Both the position numbers and the translations under genes were made by a program. Positions 1 through 7,521 of a stretch of 27,940 nucleotides of DNA are shown here, piece after piece. Positions within the stretch are counted from its first letter, which is position 1. Every line of letters starts with the position of its first letter. The stretch comes from a virus. Its lineage: Duplodnaviria; Heunggongvirae; Uroviricota; Caudoviricetes. Where the stretch lies: the IMG/VR virus record IMGVR_UViG_2778261462_000004; one strand, given 5' to 3'. Under the pieces are notes generated by a model, which searched no databases, was not told the DNA's origin, and saw only the letters and a program-made list of their open reading frames with translations.

Positions 1-1011
1 TTATAACGTTACTCCACCGTTAAGAGGATTCAGCGCGACGGCGTTCTGCAGGTAGTCAGGCGCAAGGTGAGCGTAGGCCATCGTCTGCTGAATGCTCGCA
101 TGCCCGAGAATCTGCTGCAGCGCAATTATGTTGCCCCCGTTCATCATGAAATGACTTGCGAATGTGTGTCGCAGGATGTGAGTTGCCTGATTGGGTGGTA
201 TGTCAGGTTTCACTCTGCGTAAAATTCCGCAAAACTTCTCATAATCGACCTTGAACAATTTAGCGCTAGCCTCCTCTTTAACTTTTTTCTCCAGTTCCTC
301 AGAAATTGGCACGGTTCGCTTTTTGCCGTTTTTGGTTTTCAAAAAGGTAACCCTGCAGCTTGTTATCTGTGCTGGTTTCAGTGTGGCAACTTCCGTCCAT
401 CTTCCGCCTGTGCTCAGGCACAAAAGCGCGACCAGCAAGTCATCACCAACCAAAACGCTTAACAGCTTCTCGATTTCTGATTTCTCCAGAAATGTCATTT
501 CCGGGTTGGCTTCCGCCAGTGGCGGCAGTCCATGAATAGGATGTTGCCCGGAAAACTCATCCAACTGGATTAGCTTGGTGAACATGCCCGATAAGCGGTA
601 CATGTCACGATTTATCGTCGCGGCGCTGATGCCATCACGCAGGCGCGTAGAGCGATAATCCATCAGAGCTCTTTTGCTAACCCGGCTCACCGGCATATCA
701 CCTATGCCGCTGATAGTCTTGAGCAGGTGATTAAACTCTTTTGTGCCGTGTTCATGGTTTTGTCCGTGATACTTCCACCAGACGTCAAGCAATTCCGCTA
801 AAGTGCGACGGTCTGCTCGCTGGCCTGCCCATTCTTTCTGGCTGGCATTGGCGATGGTGTATCGCTCAAATGCTACCGCCTCAGCCTTTCTTTCAAACTT
901 CCTGCGGATGCGTTTTCCATCGCGACCGCGAGGTCTAATGTCCACTTCATAGCGACCATCATCGAGCTTCTTAATTGCCATAAGAAAGCCCTCCGGCGCT
1001 GTGCTCACCAT
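1..1011 (-). CDS. int: P2-type tyrosine integrase (stop codon at window positions 1-3)
   Basis: 336-aa ORF; C-terminal catalytic signature visible (..ATHILRHTFASH.. and ..GHASIQQTMAYAHL.., the R/H-x-x-R and Tyr nucleophile region of tyrosine recombinases); sits 39 bp downstream of repressor C on the same strand as in the P2 C-int arrangement. Confidence 0.9.
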   Translation of the reverse strand: MVSTAPEGFLMAIKKLDDGRYEVDIRPRGRDGKRIRRKFERKAEAVAFERYTIANASQKEWAGQRADRRTLAELLDVWWKYHGQNHEHGTKEFNHLLKTISGIGDMPVSRVSKRALMDYRSTRLRDGISAATINRDMYRLSGMFTKLIQLDEFSGQHPIHGLPPLAEANPEMTFLEKSEIEKLLSVLVGDDLLVALLCLSTGGRWTEVATLKPAQITSCRVTFLKTKNGKKRTVPISEELEKKVKEEASAKLFKVDYEKFCGILRRVKPDIPPNQATHILRHTFASHFMMNGGNIIALQQILGHASIQQTMAYAHLAPDYLQNAVALNPLNGGVTL

Positions 1012-1050
1012 CTTGGTAACAAATAGTGAAAATGTAATGTTTGTAGAGTG

Positions 1051-1344
1051 TTAACCAGTCTGTTTCTCGGAGTGGTCTGATTCCGTTGATTCTTGCCCAA
1101 TGTGTGCGAAAGCCGGTGCTATCTGACCAGCTTGCGGTGCTGTTTTATCTGTCATTAGCCAAAGTGTGTATTTCTGAAACTGAGGAGTGTTTGTGATTTT
1201 CATCACCACTCCCAAGCCGGGCTCTGCATGTCCTCCCTCGTAATTTTTTAACGTGCTAAGCGCTAGTCCACTGATTTCACAAAACTTTACTTGAGTTAAA
1301 CCCTCTGCTTTACGTATTGCCTTAATTTTCTCGGCTACGTTCAT
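1051..1344 (-). CDS. C: immunity repressor C (P2 C-like, 97 aa)
   Basis: Small ORF divergent from cox; N-terminal HTH-like segment and C-terminal ..QFxKYTLWxMT..APxxGQIAPAxAHxGQ.. matching my recollection of P2 C; size ~99 aa as in P2. Confidence 0.85.
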   Translation of the reverse strand: MNVAEKIKAIRKAEGLTQVKFCEISGLALSTLKNYEGGHAEPGLGVVMKITNTPQFQKYTLWLMTDKTAPQAGQIAPAFAHIGQESTESDHSEKQTG

Positions 1345-1374
1345 TTGACATGGTTCCTACTTTGAGACTATATT
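1345..1374 (+). promoter_or_regulatory. candidate early promoter Pe (sigma70-like): -35 TTGACA 1345-1350, 18-bp spacer, -10 TATATT 1369-1374
   Basis: Near-consensus hexamers read directly from the sequence, oriented toward cox; located in the C/cox divergent intergenic region. Confidence 0.5.
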
Positions 1375-1377
1375 CGC

Positions 1378-1409
1378 CTGAAAAGGTCTAAAGGTAAGAA
1401 CCTTTTCAG
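1378..1409. promoter_or_regulatory. perfect 10-bp inverted repeat CTGAAAAGGT-N12-ACCTTTTCAG, candidate operator of the immunity switch
   Basis: Arms at 1378-1387 and 1400-1409 are exact reverse complements; lies immediately downstream of the candidate Pe -10; no T-tract on either side, so not a terminator. Confidence 0.45.
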
Positions 1410-1480
1410 AGTGGAAGCCAACCGAGCAGAAACGAGCTTGAGCGGTTTCTAAGGGGTTGGATCTAGTGAGGGTATCACAA

Positions 1481-1753
1481 ATGGAACCAAACGATTATTT
1501 GTTGCAGTACCCGCTCGACGCGGTTCATGTTGAAAAGTTTGCTGAGTTATTAGGCAAGCCAAAAACGGCTGTTGCAGAAATGGTGAAAGCTAACAAGCTA
1601 CCGGTAATTGAGCTTCGGGATCCATGCAAACCGAATGCTCGCGCCGGTGAAAAGTGGGTTTTCATCCCGGAATTTAATCGCGCAGTTCGTGAGGCGTTCT
1701 ACAACCGACCGGTAGAACAGCGTGACGCGTGGCTGCTTTGGATGGGGCTTTGA
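1481..1753 (+). CDS. cox: Cox-like excisionase/early transcriptional regulator (90 aa from ATG 1481; ORF track starts at an upstream TTG 1457)
   Basis: GAGG at 1468-1471 nine nt before ATG 1481; ..KLPVIELRDP..RAGEKWVFIPEFN..RDAWLLWMGL resembles P2 Cox (91 aa) as recalled; first gene of the rightward early operon. Confidence 0.8.
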   Translation: MEPNDYLLQYPLDAVHVEKFAELLGKPKTAVAEMVKANKLPVIELRDPCKPNARAGEKWVFIPEFNRAVREAFYNRPVEQRDAWLLWMGL

Positions 1754-1755
1754 TT

Positions 1756-1932
1756 ATGAATGAGCCTCGTTGCATTGCTCAGTTATTGCGTAACGAGAGC
1801 CCGAGGGCGATGGATTTCACTATTACCCACGGCAGAGGGCGCAAGGGCATCATCATCCGCACCAAAAAACAGAGCGTTATTAGCGCCGTTTTTGCTTTTC
1901 TGAAATCCCGGAGGTTCTGGAAATGCCTGTGA
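1756..1932 (+). CDS. small early hypothetical protein (58 aa), position of P2 orf78
   Basis: ATG 1756 with GGGG 8 nt upstream; overlaps B start by 10 nt; function unknown. Confidence 0.45.
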   Translation: MNEPRCIAQLLRNESPRAMDFTITHGRGRKGIIIRTKKQSVISAVFAFLKSRRFWKCL

Positions 1933-2423
1933 TGACACTTGGTATCGTGGAGAAACAGCCTGCAGCTCTGCGCGGTCTGATTGGTAAATATCTGGCCGCG
2001 CCTCGCTGGCAGGATAGTTGCGATTTTTACAATCAGATGATGGAACGTGAGCGACTGACCGTTTGTTTTCATGCTCAGTTAAAGCAGCGTCACGCGACGA
2101 TGCGTTTTGAAGAAATGAACGATGTAGACCGCGAGCGATTGGTTTGCGCTATTGATGAGCTGCGTGCTGCATTTTCCAGACGTCGACAGGTTGGCGCGAG
2201 CGAGTATGCGTATATTAGTTTTTTGACGGTCAGCCAACGTCGCACTTTGTTTATGCATGCCGGATTAACTGAAAAAGAATTTAATCAGCCTTACTGGCGT
2301 ATTAATGAAGATTCCTGTTATTGGCGTGATGCCTTATTTCGTGCATTGCGAGAGCTTTTTAATTTATTTGAATATGCACCAACAATATTAACCTCGGTAA
2401 AGCCTGAGCAATATCTGCATTAA
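1923..2423 (+). CDS. B: replication protein B (helicase-loader-like), 166 aa
   Basis: GGAGG 8 nt upstream of ATG 1923; same length as P2 gpB (166 aa, from memory); position between cox and A. Confidence 0.75.
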   Translation: MPVMTLGIVEKQPAALRGLIGKYLAAPRWQDSCDFYNQMMERERLTVCFHAQLKQRHATMRFEEMNDVDRERLVCAIDELRAAFSRRRQVGASEYAYISFLTVSQRRTLFMHAGLTEKEFNQPYWRINEDSCYWRDALFRALRELFNLFEYAPTILTSVKPEQYLH

Positions 2424-2486
2424 ATAAACAACCGTAGTTTTTTACGCACTTAATTGTGCGGGGCTTCTTTTTGTCTGGAGAAAGTC

Positions 2487-2711
2487 ATGCATACAGTAAC
2501 AGAAAAGCAGAGCGGTAACTTCTTATTAGTGCTGCAACAGGCACGAGCCGAAGCGCAGGCAGATGCGGCGACGCGCTTTTCCTCTCATCTGGATAGTTTA
2601 ATCCGTCATATAGCTGGCGCTGAGTTATCGCGCGTGGAGATAGTCGAGTTACTCAGTCAGGAATCCATCAAGTTTCATAATATCGGCCTTTCTCGTGGGG
2701 AGTCTTTTTAA
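2487..2711 (+). CDS. small early hypothetical protein (74 aa; ORF track begins upstream at 2454)
   Basis: GGAGA 7 nt before ATG 2487; stop overlaps next start (TAATG at 2709-2713). Confidence 0.55.
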   Translation: MHTVTEKQSGNFLLVLQQARAEAQADAATRFSSHLDSLIRHIAGAELSRVEIVELLSQESIKFHNIGLSRGESF

Positions 2712-3007
2712 TGTCTCTGATGCAATCCGTATTACTTAATAACTGGCTAAAGATTGCGGTTATGAAAAACGGTGAATTATCGCTTTCTGACATTAGGCGC
2801 GATAAAGAAACCGGAGCGATGACAGAATCAACCATCGCTATTTATTCGAGTGAATTAAACCTCCTGACGGATGTGGTCAATTTGCTTGTGAAACGCGCCG
2901 TTTTTCATAAGCAAATCACCACCGTAGATGAATTATCGAAATTAACTATCGAGCTAACCGGTTACTGCGCCGGTGAGTTTAAAAAACTGAACAGAGAGAG
3001 GAGCTAA
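2711..3007 (+). CDS. early hypothetical protein (98 aa)
   Basis: Translationally coupled to upstream ORF; no recognisable motif. Confidence 0.55.
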   Translation: MSLMQSVLLNNWLKIAVMKNGELSLSDIRRDKETGAMTESTIAIYSSELNLLTDVVNLLVKRAVFHKQITTVDELSKLTIELTGYCAGEFKKLNRERS

Positions 3008-3011
3008 ATCA

Positions 3012-3236
3012 ATGCCGGATTATATGGATCACATTCAGGAGCGACAGACGGAATCATTGACTCGCCAGATTAACGCCGCTCGGGTGAAACCGTGCGGCGC
3101 TGCTGCATTGGTTTGCGAGGAATGTGACGCACCAATCCCTGCCGACCGCCGTGCGGCATATCCGTCGGCGACACGCTGTGTCTACTGTCAGTCAGCGCTT
3201 GAATCAAAAGCTAAACACTTTCGGGGGCAGGCATGA
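3012..3236 (+). CDS. TraR/DksA-family C4 zinc-finger protein (74 aa), position of P2 orf82
   Basis: C-x2-C ... C-x2-C motif visible (..CEECDAPIP...RCVYCQ..); small size typical of phage TraR homologues. Confidence 0.7.
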   Translation: MPDYMDHIQERQTESLTRQINAARVKPCGAAALVCEECDAPIPADRRAAYPSATRCVYCQSALESKAKHFRGQA

Positions 3237-3508
3237 GCATTCGTATCGAGATTGGCGAGCGCTATGTCGTCACAAGTGACCGTTTTCAGTTCATTTTGCA
3301 GGAGAAAAAGACCGCTGAAACAGGGAAGAATGCCGGTAAAGAGTGGCTGGATGTTGTCGGCTATTACCCCAAATTAAACCAGCTCGTTTCCGGTCTGATT
3401 CATCACGATATTTTGAGCGGTAGCGCTGTCTCTTTTGAGGAATTGAGCGCTCAGGTTGAGCTACTCGGTCAGCAGTGTTTAAGGGCTTTTGACACAAATG
3501 GCCGTTGA
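3233..3508 (+). CDS. early hypothetical protein (91 aa), position of P2 orf83
   Basis: ATGA overlap with the preceding stop; ORF directly precedes A. Confidence 0.55.
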   Translation: MSIRIEIGERYVVTSDRFQFILQEKKTAETGKNAGKEWLDVVGYYPKLNQLVSGLIHHDILSGSAVSFEELSAQVELLGQQCLRAFDTNGR

Positions 3509-5789
3509 AATTCGGGGGCGTTCTGCCCCTACACCGCCACCACCATTTGCAAAAAACACCGGCAAAGAGTTTGCCGGTGTTTACTCATGGAACGCGCCGC
3601 GTGAGGCTATTGGGCGTGAGAGACCCCTTACACGTGACGAGCTGCGTCAGGTGCAAGGGGTTTTATCTAAAATTGACCGCCTACCTTACTTTTTAAGTTC
3701 TCTGTTTACTTCGCGCTATGAATATATCAGGCGCAACAAAAGCCCTGTGCATGGGCTGTATTTCCTCAAGTCGACATTTCTGCGCCGGTTGTGGCCGCGC
3801 ATTGAGCGGGTTAATCAGCGTAACGAAATGAATACAGAGGCGTCGCTGCTGTTTCTTGCTGAAAGTGAGAATTACGCGCGCCTGCCGGGGATGAACGATA
3901 AAGAGCTGAAAAAATTTGCGTCTCGTATCGCCTCGCAGCTTTTCATCATGTACGAGGAGTTAAGCGACGCATGGGCTGAGGCGCACGGTGGCAAAGAGTC
4001 GCTTTTTACCGATGAGGCTCAGGCGCACCTGTACGGTCATGTTGCTGGCGCAGCTCGTGCTTTTAATGTTGCCCCGCTTTTCTGGAAGAAATACCGCAAA
4101 GGCCTGATGACAATCCGACAGGCATTTTCCGCCGTCGCTCGCCTGATTAACGATGAATGGTGGACTAACCAGCTTAAGGCGCAGCGCATGCGCTGGCATG
4201 AAGCGCTGCTGATTGCTGCAGGCGAGGTGAATAAAGACCGCTCGCCGTATGCCAGTAAAAACGCCATCCGTGATGTGCATGCACGCCGCCTGGCAAATCT
4301 TGAATACCTGAAATCCTGCGAGCTGGAAAACAAAGTTACCGGCGAACGTATCGACCTTATCAGCAAAGTGATGGGAAGTATTTCCAATCCTGAAATTCGC
4401 CGCATGGAGCTGATGAACACCATTGCGGGGATTGAGCGTTATGCCGCTGCTGAGGGTGATGTCGGTATGTTTATCACGCTGACTGCACCGTCGAAGTATC
4501 ACCCGACTCGTCAAGTCGGGAAGGGTAAAGATAAGACTGTACAGCTTAATCATAGCTGGAATGGTGAGGCTTACACCCCGAAGGATGCGCAGCGTTATCT
4601 TTGCCGTATCTGGAGCCTGATGCGTACCGCTTTCAAAGATAATGATTTGCAGGTTTACGGTATGCGCGTCGTCGAACCGCACCATGACGGGACGCCGCAC
4701 TGGCACATGATGCTGTTTTGCAAGCGCCAGCAACGCAAAGAAATCACCGAAATTATGCGTCGTTATGCTCTCAAAGAGGATGGCGACGAGCGCGGTGCTG
4801 CTCGCAACCGCTTTCAGGCTAAGCACCTGAACAAAGGCGGTGCGGCCGGGTACATCGCGAAATACATCGCCAAAAATATCGACGGTTACGCGTTAGATGG
4901 CGAGCTCGATAAAGATACCGGCAAACCGCTCAAAGATACCGCCGCCGCTGTTACTGCATGGGCGTCAACGTGGCGAATCCCTCAGTTTAAGCCGATTGGC
5001 CTGCCGACGATGGGCGCTTACCGTGAGCTGCGCAAGCTGCCTCGCGGGGTCAGTATTGCTGATGAGTTTGACGAGCGTGTCGAAGCAGCACGCGCCGCGG
5101 CTGATGGCGGTGATTTCGACCTGTATATCACTGCTCAGGGCGGCGCAAATGTCCCGCGCGACGGTCAGACCGTCAGGGTCGCCCGTAGCGTCAGTGATGA
5201 GGTTAACGACTACGAAGAAGATATCGAGAGGGTGGTCGGTATTTACGCGCCTCACCTCGGCGCGCGTCACGTTCACATTACCCGGTCATCAGAATGGCGC
5301 ATCGTTCCAAAGGTTTTGGCCGTTGAGCCTTTGACCTTAAAAAGCGGCATCGCCGCGCCTCGGAGTCCTGTCAATAACTGTGGAAAGCTCACCGGCGGTG
5401 ACGTTTCGGTTATGACCACTACACCGTCTGAGTATGCCGCAGCGGTGTTAAATCTTGTTGATGACGGGGTTATCGCATGGGATGACCCCGAAGTCGTGAC
5501 GGCGCTCAAGGGCGCACTAAAACACGACGCGCCGCAGCAAAATCGTCAGCAAAGAAGTGGAGAGCCATTAAAACAGCATGACGTTGCCCCATCAGGCAGG
5601 CTGACTAAATCCGAACGCGCGCAAATACCGCGCATCCGCTTTGACCTTGCGCAGCAAGGCATCACTCCGAAGCGCTGGGAGCTTGAGGCGCTGGCGCGTG
5701 GTGCGACCGTGACATACCACGGGCAGAAATTCACATATCCGGTCGCTGATGAGTGGCCGGGGTTTACTGGTATATCTGAATGGGGGTAA
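3498..5789 (+). CDS. A: rolling-circle replication initiator A (HUH endonuclease), 763 aa from ATG 3498
   Basis: HUH motif ..GTPHWHMMLF.. and double-tyrosine active-site motif ..AGYIAKYIAKN.. visible in the translation; N-terminus MAVEIRGR..AGVYSWNAPREAIGRERPLTRDE.. close to P2 gpA as recalled. Confidence 0.93.
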   Translation: MAVEIRGRSAPTPPPPFAKNTGKEFAGVYSWNAPREAIGRERPLTRDELRQVQGVLSKIDRLPYFLSSLFTSRYEYIRRNKSPVHGLYFLKSTFLRRLWPRIERVNQRNEMNTEASLLFLAESENYARLPGMNDKELKKFASRIASQLFIMYEELSDAWAEAHGGKESLFTDEAQAHLYGHVAGAARAFNVAPLFWKKYRKGLMTIRQAFSAVARLINDEWWTNQLKAQRMRWHEALLIAAGEVNKDRSPYASKNAIRDVHARRLANLEYLKSCELENKVTGERIDLISKVMGSISNPEIRRMELMNTIAGIERYAAAEGDVGMFITLTAPSKYHPTRQVGKGKDKTVQLNHSWNGEAYTPKDAQRYLCRIWSLMRTAFKDNDLQVYGMRVVEPHHDGTPHWHMMLFCKRQQRKEITEIMRRYALKEDGDERGAARNRFQAKHLNKGGAAGYIAKYIAKNIDGYALDGELDKDTGKPLKDTAAAVTAWASTWRIPQFKPIGLPTMGAYRELRKLPRGVSIADEFDERVEAARAAADGGDFDLYITAQGGANVPRDGQTVRVARSVSDEVNDYEEDIERVVGIYAPHLGARHVHITRSSEWRIVPKVLAVEPLTLKSGIAAPRSPVNNCGKLTGGDVSVMTTTPSEYAAAVLNLVDDGVIAWDDPEVVTALKGALKHDAPQQNRQQRSGEPLKQHDVAPSGRLTKSERAQIPRIRFDLAQQGITPKRWELEALARGATVTYHGQKFTYPVADEWPGFTGISEWG

Positions 5790-5806
5790 TTGTGAGAAAA
5801 ATCTGT

Positions 5807-5980
5807 GTGATTGTTGGGTGGATTGCTGGGCTGTCGCTTTTCTTTCTGCTTCTTGGTTGGGCGGGTGAGCAAGACCGTAAAGACTGTGAGGAACGGATAG
5901 CAACAGAGCTGAAAACCACGGCTGTTTTTATAAACAATAAGTGCATGGTGAAGGGGTATGGCCGCTTTGACGGGAGGTGA
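5807..5980 (+). CDS. small single-pass membrane protein (57 aa from GTG 5807; alternative starts ATG 5780 / GTG 5792)
   Basis: Hydrophobic stretch ICVIVGWIAGLSLFFLLLGW followed by a charged tail; GAGAAA 7 nt before GTG 5807; sits where P2 carries orf91/tin/old; followed by a terminator. Confidence 0.4.
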   Translation: MIVGWIAGLSLFFLLLGWAGEQDRKDCEERIATELKTTAVFINNKCMVKGYGRFDGR

Positions 5981-6089
5981 CCTATCTGACCCGAGCAAAC
6001 GCCGCCGGTGCTGAAACTCGCTTTCAGTGCTGGCGGGGTTGAACAACGAGCCCCGCGAGGCGTTAGCCTGCCCCGTAGAGACCGCCCAC

Positions 6090-6118
6090 AACCGGCACGA
6101 TTAAAGCCGGTTTTTTTA
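6090..6118 (+). terminator. candidate intrinsic terminator of the early operon
   Basis: AACCGGC-acgattaaa-GCCGGTT hairpin followed by T7 run (6111-6117). Confidence 0.45.
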
Positions 6119-6277
6119 TGCCATTTTTCCGCGAATTTCCCGTTTTTAAGCCGTGCATGCAACAGGTGCATTGTTTTGCATGCGTCAGGCTTGCCCGTCT
6201 TGGCCGTGCGCCGCCAGTGCTGGCGCGGATCCAGAGTGGTCATGCAACTGCATTAAAACCGACCCATAAAGCGGGCA

Positions 6278-6296
6278 GGCGTGGCGGGGAAAGCAT
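6278..6296. other. cos cohesive-end site (GGCGTGGCGGGGAAAGCAT)
   Basis: 19-mer closely matching the 19-nt cohesive end I recall for P2/186-family phages (GGCG[A/T]GGCGGGGAAAGCA[C/T]); lies between the early region and portal Q, exactly where cos sits in P2. Confidence 0.6.
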
Positions 6297-6440
6297 TGCG
6301 CGCCAGCGGTGATGCGTAATGATAAAAATTATCGTCTGAGCGCGTCGTGATGGCGCTGCCGTGGATGCTGTCGGCTCGTTGGTGGTCTGGTGTGGTCGTG
6401 CGCGCGTGGCGCGTCTGAGGCGTGATGGTGGCGGGGTGTG

Positions 6441-6462
6441 AAAAAGCCGCCATGCTGGCGGC
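6441..6462 (-). terminator. intrinsic terminator downstream of Q on the minus strand
   Basis: GCCGCCA-tgc-TGGCGGC stem; on the minus strand it is followed by TTTTT (A5 at 6441-6445 on plus). Confidence 0.55.
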
Positions 6463-6473
6463 TTGAGGGGGGA

Positions 6474-7520
6474 TTATTCCGGGTTGTCGAGGGTGTACTC
6501 TTTGAACCTGATGACCTCCATGCCGAGCCAGTCGTTTACCTCCCTGAGCCTGTCCTGCAGGGGTGACAGCTCGTTACGCACGAATACTTTTGCCACCTTC
6601 TCAACGTCGCCGAGTGAGCCGATATTCTCGGGCTTGCCGCCCATGAGCTGGAACGGTACGCGGTGCGCGTCCATCAGGTCGGCGGCGCTGGCTTTCTTGA
6701 TGTTGAAAAAGTCATCCTTTGTGGCGACCTCGCTCAGTGGCAATATTTTGATGCCGTCCGGTTTTCCGCCGGGAGCATAGAAAAATAGGTTCTTAAAGTT
6801 CCCGAGCCCTTTCGAGTTGCGCATCGCCTCGCGCAGCGATTCGACGTCGGTCGCGCTCTGCGCCGGGTCGGTCACATACATGATGTAACCCGCGTGCGCG
6901 CCGTTCTGGTAATACTTGCGGCGAAACAGTGTCGCGGATTCATTCAGCCAGGCGGAATTTAGCGCGCTGAGATATTCGGGCAGGCCGTAAATCTCCTGAT
7001 TTATATCGGGCTCCAGCAGATGAAACACGGTATCAGGCGCGAACTCATGCGGAAGTGTGAAGTTTTCCACAAACCAGAATATCGAATCGTCGACCCCGCG
7101 CCGGGTATATTTGGCCGGTGAGGCAAGCAGCTTGATTAACTGGCCGGTGACGCTGTGGCGCTGCTCAAGAAAGGCGTTTCCGAATACCAGATAGTCGAGC
7201 GCAAAGCGGCTGAAATCCTGACGGGACAGCAGCGGGTGCGGAATGTAGGTGCTCGCGAGCACGTTGCGCTTAACGTAAATCGGTGAGCTGTGATGCACAG
7301 CAGAGCGCAGGCTCTTTGCCAGTCCGGAGAAGCTGACCGGCGGCTCGTACCATTTGCCGTTACTGATGCACTCGACGTAATCCAGAATATCGCGCTTATC
7401 GAGTACCGGAATCGGCTCGCCGAAGGTGAACGCTGTCGTTTTTGGCGGTGCGCTGGCGGTCAGTTGTTGTGGCTTGCTGGCCTTCTGCGCAGCGGCTTTA
7501 CGGGATTTTTGCTTACCCAT
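6474..7520 (-). CDS. Q: capsid portal protein Q (348 aa)
   Basis: Size and position match P2 Q; start ATG one nt from the P stop; leftward Q-P operon. Confidence 0.9.
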   Translation of the reverse strand: MGKQKSRKAAAQKASKPQQLTASAPPKTTAFTFGEPIPVLDKRDILDYVECISNGKWYEPPVSFSGLAKSLRSAVHHSSPIYVKRNVLASTYIPHPLLSRQDFSRFALDYLVFGNAFLEQRHSVTGQLIKLLASPAKYTRRGVDDSIFWFVENFTLPHEFAPDTVFHLLEPDINQEIYGLPEYLSALNSAWLNESATLFRRKYYQNGAHAGYIMYVTDPAQSATDVESLREAMRNSKGLGNFKNLFFYAPGGKPDGIKILPLSEVATKDDFFNIKKASAADLMDAHRVPFQLMGGKPENIGSLGDVEKVAKVFVRNELSPLQDRLREVNDWLGMEVIRFKEYTLDNPE

Positions 7521-7521
7521 T

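Noticed and set aside
3960-4826. 288-aa minus-strand ORF (and nested 128-aa ORF at 4037-4423) antisense to gene A
   Set aside because: Lies entirely inside the well-supported A coding sequence; composition (Arg/Ser/Ala-rich, no start context) is typical of antisense shadow ORFs in GC-rich coding DNA.
5981-6277. Overlapping 60-160-aa ORFs on both strands between the small membrane ORF and cos (e.g. 6008-6256 plus, 5764-6243 minus)
   Set aside because: They run through a terminator hairpin and palindromes, are Arg/Pro-rich and mutually overlapping; the region is better explained as non-coding cos-flanking DNA.
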